Made by a program: the position numbers and the translations under genes | The notes under the pieces: model-generated | Told to the model about the DNA's origin: nothing | Seen by the model: the letters and a program-made list of their open reading frames with translations, nothing else | Database searches by the model: none | Shown here: in pieces, positions 1-9,962 of the stretch | Position numbering within the stretch: the stretch's first letter is position 1 | Layout of the letters: each line of letters starts with the position of its first letter | Assembly (NCBI GenBank): GCA_964525635.1 | Contig: CAZGJX010000058.1 | Coordinates: 1-25,704 of the forward strand | Source of the DNA: an uncultured archaeon | Lineage (GTDB): Archaea; Asgardarchaeota; Lokiarchaeia; Sigyniarchaeales; SOKP01 | Reading direction: 5' to 3' | DNA length: 25,704 bases

Positions 1-121
1 TTTAGTTAGAGTCAATTACATCTCATTATATAAAATAACTTTGAAAGTCAAGTAAACAGTAAAAATATAAAAAAGATATTGTTTAATTTAGCAACTAATT
101 TATCTAATAATTTGTATCAAT

Positions 122-1084
122 TCATCTAATACTTAAAATAATTCGTATGATAATCAATATTGATAATGAAATTAATGGACCAAATATCATAAAAAAACTA
201 TAATAATTAAATTCTTCAATCCAATGAAAATTTAATTCTATATATCATGTATCAATTATTTCATTTTCCCATTTCCAGAGATAGTCTCTATAATATAAAT
301 GATCAATAACAGTACAATTAGAAGAAGGTTATTTATAATCCGGATATTTTCCATATATTTGAAAATTTATTGAGACCGAAGTCGGTAATAAATCCCAATT
401 CTCATCTGTAAAGAGAAGATATTTAATATAATAAGAATAATTTGGAAGGTCATATTGAGGGAGAACTACAGATTCCAATCTAAAAGTTATAGTTATTGAT
501 TTATTTTTGGGGATTGTTATATTGCAGACTATAGAAGTGTATCCTTCATAACCCAAAGGAAATAAATAATTAAAATGAATATATGAATAATGATTTTCAT
601 TATAAATTAAATTACTATAATTATATGGAATTAGCTCATCATTTATTATTAATGTTGTATTATAATCATCTTGAAAAAAACTTGGAAAAGGAGATATTAA
701 ATTAATATTCTTATTTTCAGAATTACCATTATATAATGTATAATTGGCTTCAACATAAAAAGGAATATATTTCTTATCATGTGGTATATCTAATATGTAT
801 AAAATATTCGAATTCGTTAAAGAAATGTTTACTGGAGTATTTTCGATAAACGGTTGCGCCCAACCATGTTCATCACTGTACACTACATCTGAGTAACCAG
901 ATTCACTAAGTCCTCCTATTAAAAAAACAGGATAAATAAATATATTTATGATTATTAGAATTGTTATAATTTGTTTCCAAGTTGAAATATTATCTCTATA
1001 TTCTGTAGAATAATTAAATTTAACACTATAATAAGGATATTTAGATTTATTATTAATTTTAGCAGAAGAATTCGGAATAATCAT
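122..1084 (-). pseudogene. Probable pseudogene of a membrane-anchored/secreted hypothetical protein (ORF 329-1084 plus in-frame continuation to 122)
   Basis: The 251-aa ORF has an N-proximal hydrophobic segment and ends at TAA (329-331). The same frame continues PSSNCTVIDHLYYRDYLWKWENEIIDT-TGA(245-247)-YIELNFHWIEEFNYYSFFMIFGPLISLSILIIIRIILSIR-TGA(122-124), which is protein-like and ends in a C-terminal TM helix. Confidence 0.55.
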
Positions 1085-1233
1085 AATTTAAGGACTTTAT
1101 TAAATTCTCCACCTTTTTTTAATAATAAAGAAGCAACTCTTATTTATAAATACATATGGAAAAAAATTGACTACTAAATATATTAAAATAAGGGTAGTAA
1201 TTAAATACTAACCAATAAAGTCCATTAACTCTT

Positions 1234-1271
1234 TTTTTCACTTTATGAACATTTTATGAAAAAGGTTGAAA
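1234..1271 (+). repeat. Copy 1 (degenerate) of intergenic TTTTTCAC-TTCATGAA-N3-TTCATGAA repeat
   Basis: tttttcac tttatgaa cat tttatgaa aaaggttgaaa; aligns with the copies at 2225 and 3110. Confidence 0.7.
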
Positions 1272-1450
1272 AATTATATAAAAGAATTTTAAAAAAAAAG
1301 TAAATTAAATATAAAGAAATTTAAAGTTTCTAAGATGATTTTAATGAATCTAAGAATTCTCGCTTATTCTTTATTGCTTTATTTTCACATTTTAAGACTT
1401 ATTGATTTTTATTTGTCTGCATTTAATCAAACTAGTACATAAGGATAGAT

Positions 1451-1930
1451 TTATAAATCATTCAATATATCATCTAACTCTTTCTTATCTACCTTTTTCC
1501 TTATCCTCCACCATTTCTTTTTTCGTGGATCTACTAGTGCAAACAATACAGAAAATAAAGAACAGAATGTAAAATCAAATCCTAGTATAAGTAGAAGAGA
1601 ATTGGAGTAATAAATGGAAGTTGAAAAAAAAATAACAGAAATAAAGAAAGCAATAATAGTAATTAAGAAAAATTTAGCAGAATGTTTTATTAAAAATCTT
1701 TTATTTTTACCTTTTTTATCTGCTATTCTTGATTGTGGAGGGAAAAAAGCTAAGGGTGTAGAAATTCCAAAACAAATTATAATAAAAATCAATAGAATAT
1801 TAGAAAAGAAATTACTAGGATAATGAAAATTAATAAAAAAAACAATAATGGATATAAGAAGAGAAAAGATAGAAACTAACATTAATTTAGCAAAATGTAA
1901 AAAAAAAATTCTATTACTGATGTACTTCAC
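1451..1930 (-). CDS. Hypothetical 4-TM membrane protein with an internal two-fold repeat
   Basis: 159 aa with four hydrophobic segments. The halves align (LHFAKLMLVSIFSLLISIIVF...LAFFPPQ vs KHSAKFFLITIIAFFISVIFF...FALVDPR). Basic loops; SD-like AAGGA upstream of a GTG start. Confidence 0.7.
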   Translation of the reverse strand: MKYISNRIFFLHFAKLMLVSIFSLLISIIVFFINFHYPSNFFSNILLIFIIICFGISTPLAFFPPQSRIADKKGKNKRFLIKHSAKFFLITIIAFFISVIFFSTSIYYSNSLLLILGFDFTFCSLFSVLFALVDPRKKKWWRIRKKVDKKELDDILNDL

Positions 1931-2224
1931 TTTAGTCCTTTTTTATATAATTCTAATAATACTATATATGACTTTTTTTTAATTATTAATAAGTTATTTA
2001 ATAGGAGTTAAGGATATGTTTAATATTTTTTTTTATAATAATTCTACTTTTATGAAATATATTTGTAGTTATTTATCTTGAATACTCAAGAAAAGAAATA
2101 ATTATCAACGGAGAGGATATTTATTTTCCTAATAGAAAAATAAGAAATTTTACAGAATATATTGATATACAATATAATGATTCTATATTATTGTTTAGAA
2201 TAATAATAAAAGGTACCTTATTTC

Positions 2225-2265
2225 TTTTTCACTTCATGAAGATTTCATGAAATAAGATCATGAAA
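2225..2265 (+). repeat. Copy 2 of intergenic TTCATGAA repeat
   Basis: tttttcac ttcatgaa gat ttcatgaa ataaga tcatgaaa. Confidence 0.85.
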
Positions 2266-2397
2266 CACCTACACGATAATTACTAAAAAAGATCATATTT
2301 ATTATTCAGTTTCTTCCCATATACCTTTATATATGTAAAATAAGAGTATTTTATCTAATATCAAAAATAAAAAAAAAAGGAGAATATTACTTTTAAA

Positions 2398-2937
2398 ATG
2401 ATAAAAAATGAATTTAAAAAATCAATTAATAGAAAAAAAACCATTAAATATATCTTATTGAGTCTATCTTTAACTATCATAGTTTTCACAGGATTAAGCT
2501 CTAATGTCATGGCTGCTTCCTGGGGTTATCCTACAAGTGTTAAAATCTATAAGGGCTGGGATGGAGATGGATTTACAATAGATAGCTTTAGAGCCCCCTA
2601 TGATGACGATTACCTTGAAATTTCCGGTCTGTGTGGTGGTATTACATATGAAATTAACTTCAAGATCTATTTCCCCCAATTAGATAATTCAATTTGGAAT
2701 CCCAATAGAATACGAATATATTACCAGTTTCATGGATATGGTACTTTAGATATTATCTTAACTGGGAAGTTTGAAGGAGCAGATACAACAGTTGTATATA
2801 CGGTTTGGTGGACTAGTTATGGATTATATTCATTCAAATTTCCTGATGAAATGATTTTAGAAAGCGTACAATTTAAAAATCTAGAATATTGGTATCCTGG
2901 AGAAGTGTTAATTGATTATTTAATAGTATCATATTAA
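2398..2937 (+). CDS. Hypothetical secreted protein
   Basis: 179 aa; basic N-terminus, hydrophobic core and NVMA|AS signal-peptidase-like site; the mature part is aromatic/beta-rich; GGAG upstream. Confidence 0.75.
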   Translation: MIKNEFKKSINRKKTIKYILLSLSLTIIVFTGLSSNVMAASWGYPTSVKIYKGWDGDGFTIDSFRAPYDDDYLEISGLCGGITYEINFKIYFPQLDNSIWNPNRIRIYYQFHGYGTLDIILTGKFEGADTTVVYTVWWTSYGLYSFKFPDEMILESVQFKNLEYWYPGEVLIDYLIVSY

Positions 2938-3109
2938 ATAATTAAAGAAAATTCAGTTAATTGATATATCTTTAAAAATCTTTTTTTTTTACTAATAAAT
3001 TTTTGGAAAAAATGGAGAGATTAGTAATTACCAGATTAAATTCTCCATTTTCAAAATTTCGATTTTTCTTTATTATAACTCTTAAAATCAAAGTTTTTAT
3101 TGAGTGTTT

Positions 3110-3184
3110 TTTTTCACTTCATGAACATTTCATGAATAAAGATCGTGAAATAACCCTTTTACGATTAGAAGGTTATATCACGAT
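3110..3184 (+). repeat. Copy 3 of intergenic TTCATGAA repeat with an adjoining 14-bp inverted repeat
   Basis: tttttcac ttcatgaa cat ttcatgaa taaaga tcgtgaaa (3110-3150). atcgtgaaataacc (3142-3155) and ggttatatcacgat (3171-3184) are 13/14 reverse-complementary. Confidence 0.85.
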
Positions 3185-3211
3185 ATGATTAGGATATTAT
3201 ATTAAAAAAAA

Positions 3212-4306
3212 TTATACTTGTTTAAAATAACCAATAATCCGATTCTTATTCTGAAATTTGTTACTATCAAATATTAATCCTTTTAAACCAGTTTGATCGT
3301 GATACATCTTTTTCTCAAATCTAATTTTGATTTTTCCAATTTTTCCAGGAGAAATTTCATCTCCCTCAACAATTTTGAAAGGAGAAGTTTTTAAGTCAAT
3401 CAACGCAGTATATTGAATTCCATCTTTAGAACTAATCTTATTTCCTTTTGGGTTATAAAATTGATTAATATATGTATCTGCCCAGATCTCTTTTTCATAT
3501 TTAAAACTTCCCTGTGATACCAAAAGATTATCTCTACTTATTTCATTAGCATTTATATTTCCTTTTAATGATAGCCCAACTCTATCCCCTCTATAAGCAT
3601 CTTTAAAATCTCTATCATGTTTTTGAATACTTCTAATAATTAATTTCTTTTCAGGTCCCTCTGAGCCAATTAATTCAAGCATTTGTCCAGCATTTAAATC
3701 CCCTTTTTTTATTAATCCTAATATAACTGTACCAATACCTTTAACGGGAAAAGAATGGTCTATTAAAATTTTAATATAGTGAGAGTTCTCATTGTGTATT
3801 TTATTAAACTCAATGCCAATTTCTATTACTTTTTTCTTAAGTGTTTCATAATCATCTTTAGTTTTTAATAAAAATATTTCTGTATTCTTAATATCTGTTG
3901 TTAAAAGTATTTTCATTAGTTTTTCTTTTATTTCTACTAATTTCCAGCTATTTTTATCAGTAATATTTGTTATAACAATCAATGGCTCTGAATTATAGAG
4001 TTGATGAAATATATCTAATCCAATTAGAGATTCTCCAATTACAGAATTTAAACCAATTTCTAGATCAATAACTAGAATATGGATATCAGATAATTCTAAA
4101 GTTTGTAAGAATGGTTTTATCTTTTCAGGATAATTAACAGGAGCTAATGCACAAAATACTTGATTTAATTTTGAATCTAATCGATTATAAAATTGAATAT
4201 CTGATTTTGTACCTGGAGCACCAAAAGCTTGTCCGATTAGATTATTCTGCTCAAAATTTTCTCCAATTATTCCTATAACAAATGTATTTTCATATTGTTC
4301 ACTCAT
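3212..4306 (-). CDS. SelB-like / EF-Tu-like translation factor homologue with a degenerate G domain (aSelBL type)
   Basis: EF-Tu/SelB domain II motifs IDHSFPVKGIGTVILG, IRSIQKHD and GDRVGLSLKG. The P-loop position reads GIIGENFEQNNLIG (no GxxxxGKT) and the NKxD position reads TNITD. Confidence 0.85.
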   Translation of the reverse strand: MSEQYENTFVIGIIGENFEQNNLIGQAFGAPGTKSDIQFYNRLDSKLNQVFCALAPVNYPEKIKPFLQTLELSDIHILVIDLEIGLNSVIGESLIGLDIFHQLYNSEPLIVITNITDKNSWKLVEIKEKLMKILLTTDIKNTEIFLLKTKDDYETLKKKVIEIGIEFNKIHNENSHYIKILIDHSFPVKGIGTVILGLIKKGDLNAGQMLELIGSEGPEKKLIIRSIQKHDRDFKDAYRGDRVGLSLKGNINANEISRDNLLVSQGSFKYEKEIWADTYINQFYNPKGNKISSKDGIQYTALIDLKTSPFKIVEGDEISPGKIGKIKIRFEKKMYHDQTGLKGLIFDSNKFQNKNRIIGYFKQV

Positions 4307-4431
4307 TTAGAAATCAAATGCAGGATTTTTCATATATTTAATGGAAAATTAAAAACAAGAAAAAAATAAAAGATAAAATTATATTTTAAGTTATAGAATT
4401 AAGATTTTATTATAATGAGATTATTTTAAGA

Positions 4432-4697
4432 ATGGAAAAAGATTATATTATAATTCCTGCTTCAGAGAAGCACGTCAAAGGTATCCATAATGTATTTTTT
4501 CATCTTTTATAAAATATCATGATTTTTATACTCCTAAAGCATTTAAAGATACAACATTATCTGAGGAATGGGTTAAAGAAAAACTAAAAATAATGAAAAT
4601 ATATATCGCAATTACAGAAAAAGGAACAATTATTGGTACTATTGGTTGACAAAAAATAAGTAGAGAAGAAGGCCATATAAGATATACTCAAAGTTAG
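4432..4697 (+). pseudogene. GNAT-family acetyltransferase pseudogene (frameshifted, nonsense, truncated)
   Basis: MEKDYIIIPASEKHVKGIHNVF, then a frameshift in the T6 run at 4495-4500, then SSFIKYHDFYTPKAFKDTTLSEEWVKEKLKIMKIYIAITEKGTIIGTIG-TGA(4647-4649)-QKISREEGHIR. This matches the N-terminal half of a GNAT fold; the acetyl-CoA motif A is missing. Confidence 0.7.
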
Positions 4698-4954
4698 TGA
4701 TAAGACAACTTTTTTTATCACATATTTCTTAAGAAAATCATCCCATCTTTTTTTCTTATAATTCAAAAAATTAATCTGAAAACAATTTTATAATACTATT
4801 AATTTTTTTTTCTAATTTTTCCAAATTCGTTTATAAAATATTCAAAATAAATAATTAAATGAACTAGTCAAGAGGAAATTGTATTTTTTAAAAATATTTT
4901 TATATGAGATATTTTAAATTATTATTCACCAAAAGTCAGAAAAAAGGTGATTAT

Positions 4955-6013
4955 ATGTTTGAGAAATTAAAAACATATTTATATATGACAGGTACAGTTT
5001 TAAAACTTGGAGGTTCTTTAAAGAAAATAAGCCGTGATATATATAACTTTTATAAAGGTAATGTAATTAGTGTCTTAGGTGAAGAAGGTGAGGATTGGTT
5101 TAATTATCTTACCGCTCCAAGAACTATAGATGAGATTACTGAAAACTTTGGTTATACAGATAGTATATTTCTTCAAGACATCTTAGATATTTTAACCGAG
5201 GATAATATGGTTAATAAAAAAATGTCTAAATACCAAACTATAGGTGAAGTTAAGGGAAACGGGGCGATACCTCAAGTATTTAATGAATCTGCTGTCGATG
5301 TTTTAACTAGTTTTGCTAAAGCGATTCCAAGGCGATTAAAAGGGGATTATCCGAGTTTTTCTGAAGGTTTTGAATTATTTAATTGGGATGACACATTAAG
5401 CCTCAAGATGTACGAAATTCAAAGAAGATCATCTTTTATATTTTCCAAGGCTCTAAATTATAAAGGTAAATTACTTGATGTCGGTTGTGGAAATGGCTTC
5501 GGTACTACATTAATCTGGAGCTACTATGAAAAAAAGAAATGCTTTTATCCAGGAACCAAAATGGAAATCTTCGCTCTTGACCCTAATGAGGAATTCTTAG
5601 ATATTGCTAAAAACGAATTTGAACTGCGCTTAAAAACGCATTTGAATTATAGTAAAGACCAAATCGAATCATTACGCCCTTATTTTCCAAAAAAATTTGA
5701 ATTGGGCTCCGTTACGGATATGCCTTTCGAGGATAATACTTTTGATATCGTATATATCTCACAAGTTCTTCACTGGACAGATTCGCTGGCAGGATTAAAG
5801 GAGATAGTTAGAGTGACCAAACCAGGGGGTTTAATCTTCGGAAGTCAAGTACTTATACCTTTTGCAAATAAATATATAGACCTCCATATTAGAACAATAA
5901 AGGGTGCACAGGGGTTCTTTACTAAAAAAGAGTTCTTAGAATTCATTAATGAAGCGGGTGGAAAAGATATAAAAACCGCAACACCCGTAACATGCTTTAA
6001 GTTTACAAAATAA
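4955..6013 (+). CDS. Class I SAM-dependent methyltransferase with an N-terminal wHTH-like region
   Basis: Motif I LLDVGCGNG, ALDPNEEFL, MPFEDNTFDIVY..QVLHW, RVTKPGG. Start placed at ATG 4955 behind an AGGTGA SD (the ORF track starts at 4904). Confidence 0.9.
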   Translation: MFEKLKTYLYMTGTVLKLGGSLKKISRDIYNFYKGNVISVLGEEGEDWFNYLTAPRTIDEITENFGYTDSIFLQDILDILTEDNMVNKKMSKYQTIGEVKGNGAIPQVFNESAVDVLTSFAKAIPRRLKGDYPSFSEGFELFNWDDTLSLKMYEIQRRSSFIFSKALNYKGKLLDVGCGNGFGTTLIWSYYEKKKCFYPGTKMEIFALDPNEEFLDIAKNEFELRLKTHLNYSKDQIESLRPYFPKKFELGSVTDMPFEDNTFDIVYISQVLHWTDSLAGLKEIVRVTKPGGLIFGSQVLIPFANKYIDLHIRTIKGAQGFFTKKEFLEFINEAGGKDIKTATPVTCFKFTK

Positions 6014-6170
6014 CTCAAAGATTTAATTTGAGAAGGTTAATATTTCAGAATTTCAACACACCAGATATTAATTTACTTATTCTTTTTTTTTTTTATTATC
6101 TTGGGACTAATAACAACTATTATTTTTATACAAAATCCACACAATCAATTCATTTAGTTCAGTTCTTTAA

Positions 6171-7355
6171 TTATTCAAATAGTTTTCTTCTGTTGATAAA
6201 ATCATAAATTTCGATAAATTGTTCTAATTGACTTAAAATTCCTCTTTTGTTTAAAAAATCAATTAAACTCATCTCTTGGTTGAAAAATTCCTCTAAGATT
6301 TCTCTTTCTATCTTAAATGCTGAAGTTAATCGATCTATAATCCGAGGAAGTCTCTCTTTGTATTTTATTTGAATTTTTGAATATAATAAATCATCATCAA
6401 TTAATCTCTGAATTACAGGTATTTTATCAAGAGTAATTTCTTTTTCATTAAAATATTCATTAATAGTTAAAATTCTTGGACATTTAGAAATTAAATAATC
6501 TAAACTATGACTTTTTTGGGTTAATTTTTCCATCAACGGATTTACCCAATAAAGATTGTTATCATTTGTTAATTTATAACAAATTATATTTGAATTTAAA
6601 ACTCTCAATTGAAACTCTTGATCTGCTACTGAAATCTTTAGATATTTTTGTACTTCTGAATATACCTTTTTAGCCTCTTGGATTTTTTCATATAATAGAG
6701 AAGTTAATTGAATTGCATTTATTGAAGGAATACATACCATATCATAGATCCAATGGTCTGAAATATTAAAGATGATAAATAGATTAAAGATAGTATGTTC
6801 TTTTAAAGTTTCATGTGTTAATCCAGAATATCTATAAAATTGTTGAGTCGTACCCAGTTCTTTATTTGTATATTCCTCTAATTTTATTTTACTTGAACTT
6901 AATTGATCATAATATCTTCCAGTTTTATCTACAAAAACGTTATTAATATGTAACTCATTTTTAAAATAATGAGCAACTTTATAAAGTAAAAATTCTTTTC
7001 CAAAAAAAATATTACGCGAAATATTTTCAAGATATGAATTTTCATCATCAATTCGAAATCTAATTTTAGCATTACATAATTGACAATTAAAATTTGTTTC
7101 TTTTATTCCATCTATTAGTTCAAAATCAACTTTCTGATATCCACGTACCTTTAAATTATTATCTATATATAGTTGGAATTGATGATTACAGATTGAATCT
7201 TTTGGGATTGATATTGTTGTCAAACCTTTTGGTTTTAATATATCTCTTGGAATATGAATAAATTTACTTGCTTTACAAATTGGGCAAGCAATTATAACAT
7301 TCCCTATGTCATAATCTTCTTTATTTAGTAATATATTGTTATCACTCATCTTCAT
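6171..7355 (-). CDS. Hypothetical protein with two N-terminal putative Zn-binding modules
   Basis: CPIC...CNHQFQLYID...VRGYQ followed by a second module CQLC...H...HINNVFVD. No recognisable catalytic domain. Confidence 0.75.
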   Translation of the reverse strand: MKMSDNNILLNKEDYDIGNVIIACPICKASKFIHIPRDILKPKGLTTISIPKDSICNHQFQLYIDNNLKVRGYQKVDFELIDGIKETNFNCQLCNAKIRFRIDDENSYLENISRNIFFGKEFLLYKVAHYFKNELHINNVFVDKTGRYYDQLSSSKIKLEEYTNKELGTTQQFYRYSGLTHETLKEHTIFNLFIIFNISDHWIYDMVCIPSINAIQLTSLLYEKIQEAKKVYSEVQKYLKISVADQEFQLRVLNSNIICYKLTNDNNLYWVNPLMEKLTQKSHSLDYLISKCPRILTINEYFNEKEITLDKIPVIQRLIDDDLLYSKIQIKYKERLPRIIDRLTSAFKIEREILEEFFNQEMSLIDFLNKRGILSQLEQFIEIYDFINRRKLFE

Positions 7356-7604
7356 TCAATTTTTATGTATATTTTTATATTTAATTTTAAAATGTAATTG
7401 TGGAGTTATTAATGAAAAGAATTCCATTACTCCTAAATTGATCTCTAAAATTATCTATTACTCATATTTAAAAATGATAATATCAAAGGTCTTTGTCTTT
7501 GTTAAATAAAATTTAACTATAAATCTAATAAAAATATACATTTTTATACTTTTCCTCAATTATCATATGAAAAAAAAGAAAATTATATATATTACGAAAT
7601 TTTA

Positions 7605-9161
7605 TTATAGAGTGTTTTCGATTGAATTAAACATCAATTTTAATTTTTCATAGATTTCCATTCTATAATTCTCACCTATCCTAAATGACAGAAGAGATAT
7701 CTTTTTTTTTTCTATAAAGTCGTTAATATTAAAATCTCTCATGAAATTCGACCAATCAGTATTTTCATCAATTTGAAATCCTATTAATACAACTTTTTTC
7801 TCTTTAATCTGTTCTAAAACAGTTAATATTGCCTTTTTCCATTTTGAATCTAAATCTTTTCTATTTCGTGCATCAAATAAACAAAATACAGCATCAGAAT
7901 CATCAATTTCTATATTTTCTAAAAAATAATTTTTTAGAATTAATCCATTTTTATATTCATAGATGAGGTAATTAGATTCTTCCTTAGTATAAGCTAAATT
8001 TTGATTACCAGCAATTTTTGCTAAAATTTGTAATCCTGGACTCCATATTTTATTCTCAGTTATGAATGAAATTGTTAGTTTCTTTTCCAAAGTAAGTATT
8101 AATTTCAAAATCTCATAAATTTCATTCTTTGATATTTTTTCCTCAAATTCTTTATTTTTGAGAATGTAATGATATGAAATTAATCTAAAAGCATCAATAA
8201 TATTATCACCAGATAAAGCACTTGTTTCTATGTAAGAAATAGTTGAAATACCTTTAGTTGATAATTTTTTTGTAATTTCTACTCCTTCTTGATATTCAAC
8301 TTTTCTTGATTCCTTTAAATCTAATTTATTACCTATAACAACAACTGAAAGATGATCTGTATCTATAAAGTCATTTAATTCATTATACCAATTAATGACA
8401 TTATCATATGTTTCTCTATTAGTTAAATCAAATACGATAAAAACAGCTTGGCTATTTTGATAATAAGTTTTTCGAACTTTTTCATAATCTTTTTGTGCTC
8501 CCAGATCCCATATAGCTATATCTAGTTCATTACCAAAAAAAGTCATATTATGAGATACGATATTTAGACCAATTGTTGCTCGATAATCATGAGTAAATTT
8601 ATTTTCCGTAAAACGTCGTACAATGGATGTTTTACCTACTCCAGCATCGCCAATAATTATGAATTTATATCTATAATTCTTACCTAAATCTGGTCTTGAT
8701 TCGTATATTTGGTTTTTCAATATTTCCTTATTTTTTATATCAAAATCAAATTTAGGAATTGATAATTCAATAATATCTCCTTCATTCATATATAAAATTT
8801 GGGCTATTTTTTCAGCTAAAAAATAAGCATATGCATTAACTTTATCGATTGATGCATATGATTTAGTAATTATACATAAGGCAATATCTTTATTAATAGA
8901 AATAAATATTATTGTATTATTTTTATTTTCATATACAGCAGTACCAAATTTGTTAAATTCAAACTCTTCAATTATTACAGCTAAAATATGTTTCACAAGA
9001 GACGAATAATCAACAGTTGCATCATCTTTAATCTCTTCCCTTTTTTCTTCAGAGATTATTTGATTATTTCTACTGTATAATATTATTTGTTCAGTATCAT
9101 CATTAATCTTAAAGAAATTTTCACATAATTCTTTAAAAAATAAACTGAGATTTTTTGACAA
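7605..9161 (-). CDS. Roadblock/longin-like domain + Rab-like small GTPase + C-terminal degenerate GTPase-like domain (paralog A)
   Basis: G1 GDAGVGKTS, G2 YRATIG, G3 WDLGAQ, G4 GNKLD, G5 ETSAL. N-terminus homologous to the roadblock of 15532-17088 but diverged. TTG start. Confidence 0.9.
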   Translation of the reverse strand: MSKNLSLFFKELCENFFKINDDTEQIILYSRNNQIISEEKREEIKDDATVDYSSLVKHILAVIIEEFEFNKFGTAVYENKNNTIIFISINKDIALCIITKSYASIDKVNAYAYFLAEKIAQILYMNEGDIIELSIPKFDFDIKNKEILKNQIYESRPDLGKNYRYKFIIIGDAGVGKTSIVRRFTENKFTHDYRATIGLNIVSHNMTFFGNELDIAIWDLGAQKDYEKVRKTYYQNSQAVFIVFDLTNRETYDNVINWYNELNDFIDTDHLSVVVIGNKLDLKESRKVEYQEGVEITKKLSTKGISTISYIETSALSGDNIIDAFRLISYHYILKNKEFEEKISKNEIYEILKLILTLEKKLTISFITENKIWSPGLQILAKIAGNQNLAYTKEESNYLIYEYKNGLILKNYFLENIEIDDSDAVFCLFDARNRKDLDSKWKKAILTVLEQIKEKKVVLIGFQIDENTDWSNFMRDFNINDFIEKKKISLLSFRIGENYRMEIYEKLKLMFNSIENTL

Positions 9162-9322
9162 TTTCTTTTCCTTTATTTTTGTCTATTGCTGATTTTCAAT
9201 CAGAATAAAAGAATAATTTTGAATAATTATTTCTTTATAATTTAAAGAACAGGTTTTCAAATTTATTATTTATGATAATTATATTTATATTCCTAAAAGA
9301 AAGAAAATAATAAAATTAGATT

Positions 9323-9943
9323 TTAGATTTTATTACGTAAATCTGCGCCACAAAAAGCACAAAATTCCGCTCCTTTATCATGTATTTTTGAACCACACTC
9401 AGGACAAAACCGTGCAAATTTAATATTTGTTGGAATCTTATTCTTGATATTTTGAAACATATCCTTTAGCAAATCTTTTACAATCGTTGTCTTTTCATCT
9501 AATAGTTCATCTGGAAAGGATTTAATGAAAGATAAGGACAGTTCCCCAATAAAATTCTCCATAAATTGCAATTGTTCAATAAAATTTTCACTTACTTTAA
9601 ATTTTACGATTTGTGTACCAGCATCTGTCAAAGAATAGACGTTTTTTAACGGTCCAATTGGACTTTTTATTTTTCTTGAAGTTAAATATCCATTAGTCAC
9701 TAATTTATTTAGAATAGGATATATAGTTCCTGATTTTGCTTCCCATGTTTTAGCAAATTGATTATTTAGAATCTCTATTAAATCATATCCAGAAATTGTT
9801 TTTACATTGAAGATTGCTTCTAATACTGTGAACTCCAAGGGTGTTAACTTTTTTTTCTTGATTTTTTTGAATATATCTTTTTCTATCTTAGGAATTAATG
9901 CTTCAATACCTTCTTCCACATCAAGAAATTTATTTAGCCACAT
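9323..9943 (-). CDS. PadR-family transcriptional regulator with a C-terminal zinc ribbon
   Basis: SGYDLI...GTIYPILNKL...GYL...KNVYSLTDAG PadR wHTH; CPECG...CAFCG. Likely ATG at 9943 after GGTGA (the ORF track starts at TTG 9976). Confidence 0.9.
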   Translation of the reverse strand: MWLNKFLDVEEGIEALIPKIEKDIFKKIKKKKLTPLEFTVLEAIFNVKTISGYDLIEILNNQFAKTWEAKSGTIYPILNKLVTNGYLTSRKIKSPIGPLKNVYSLTDAGTQIVKFKVSENFIEQLQFMENFIGELSLSFIKSFPDELLDEKTTIVKDLLKDMFQNIKNKIPTNIKFARFCPECGSKIHDKGAEFCAFCGADLRNKI

Positions 9944-9962
9944 TTGTAAATCACCCTTAGAA

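Noticed and set aside
1234-3150. TTCATGAA repeats as a CRISPR array
   Set aside because: The spacing is ~0.9-1 kb with whole genes in between, not 30-45-nt spacers.
245-4649. In-frame TGA codons (245-247, 4647-4649) as selenocysteine near a SelB-like gene
   Set aside because: Both frames carry other lesions (TAA, frameshift), neither resembles a selenoprotein family, and no SECIS-like hairpin was recognised.
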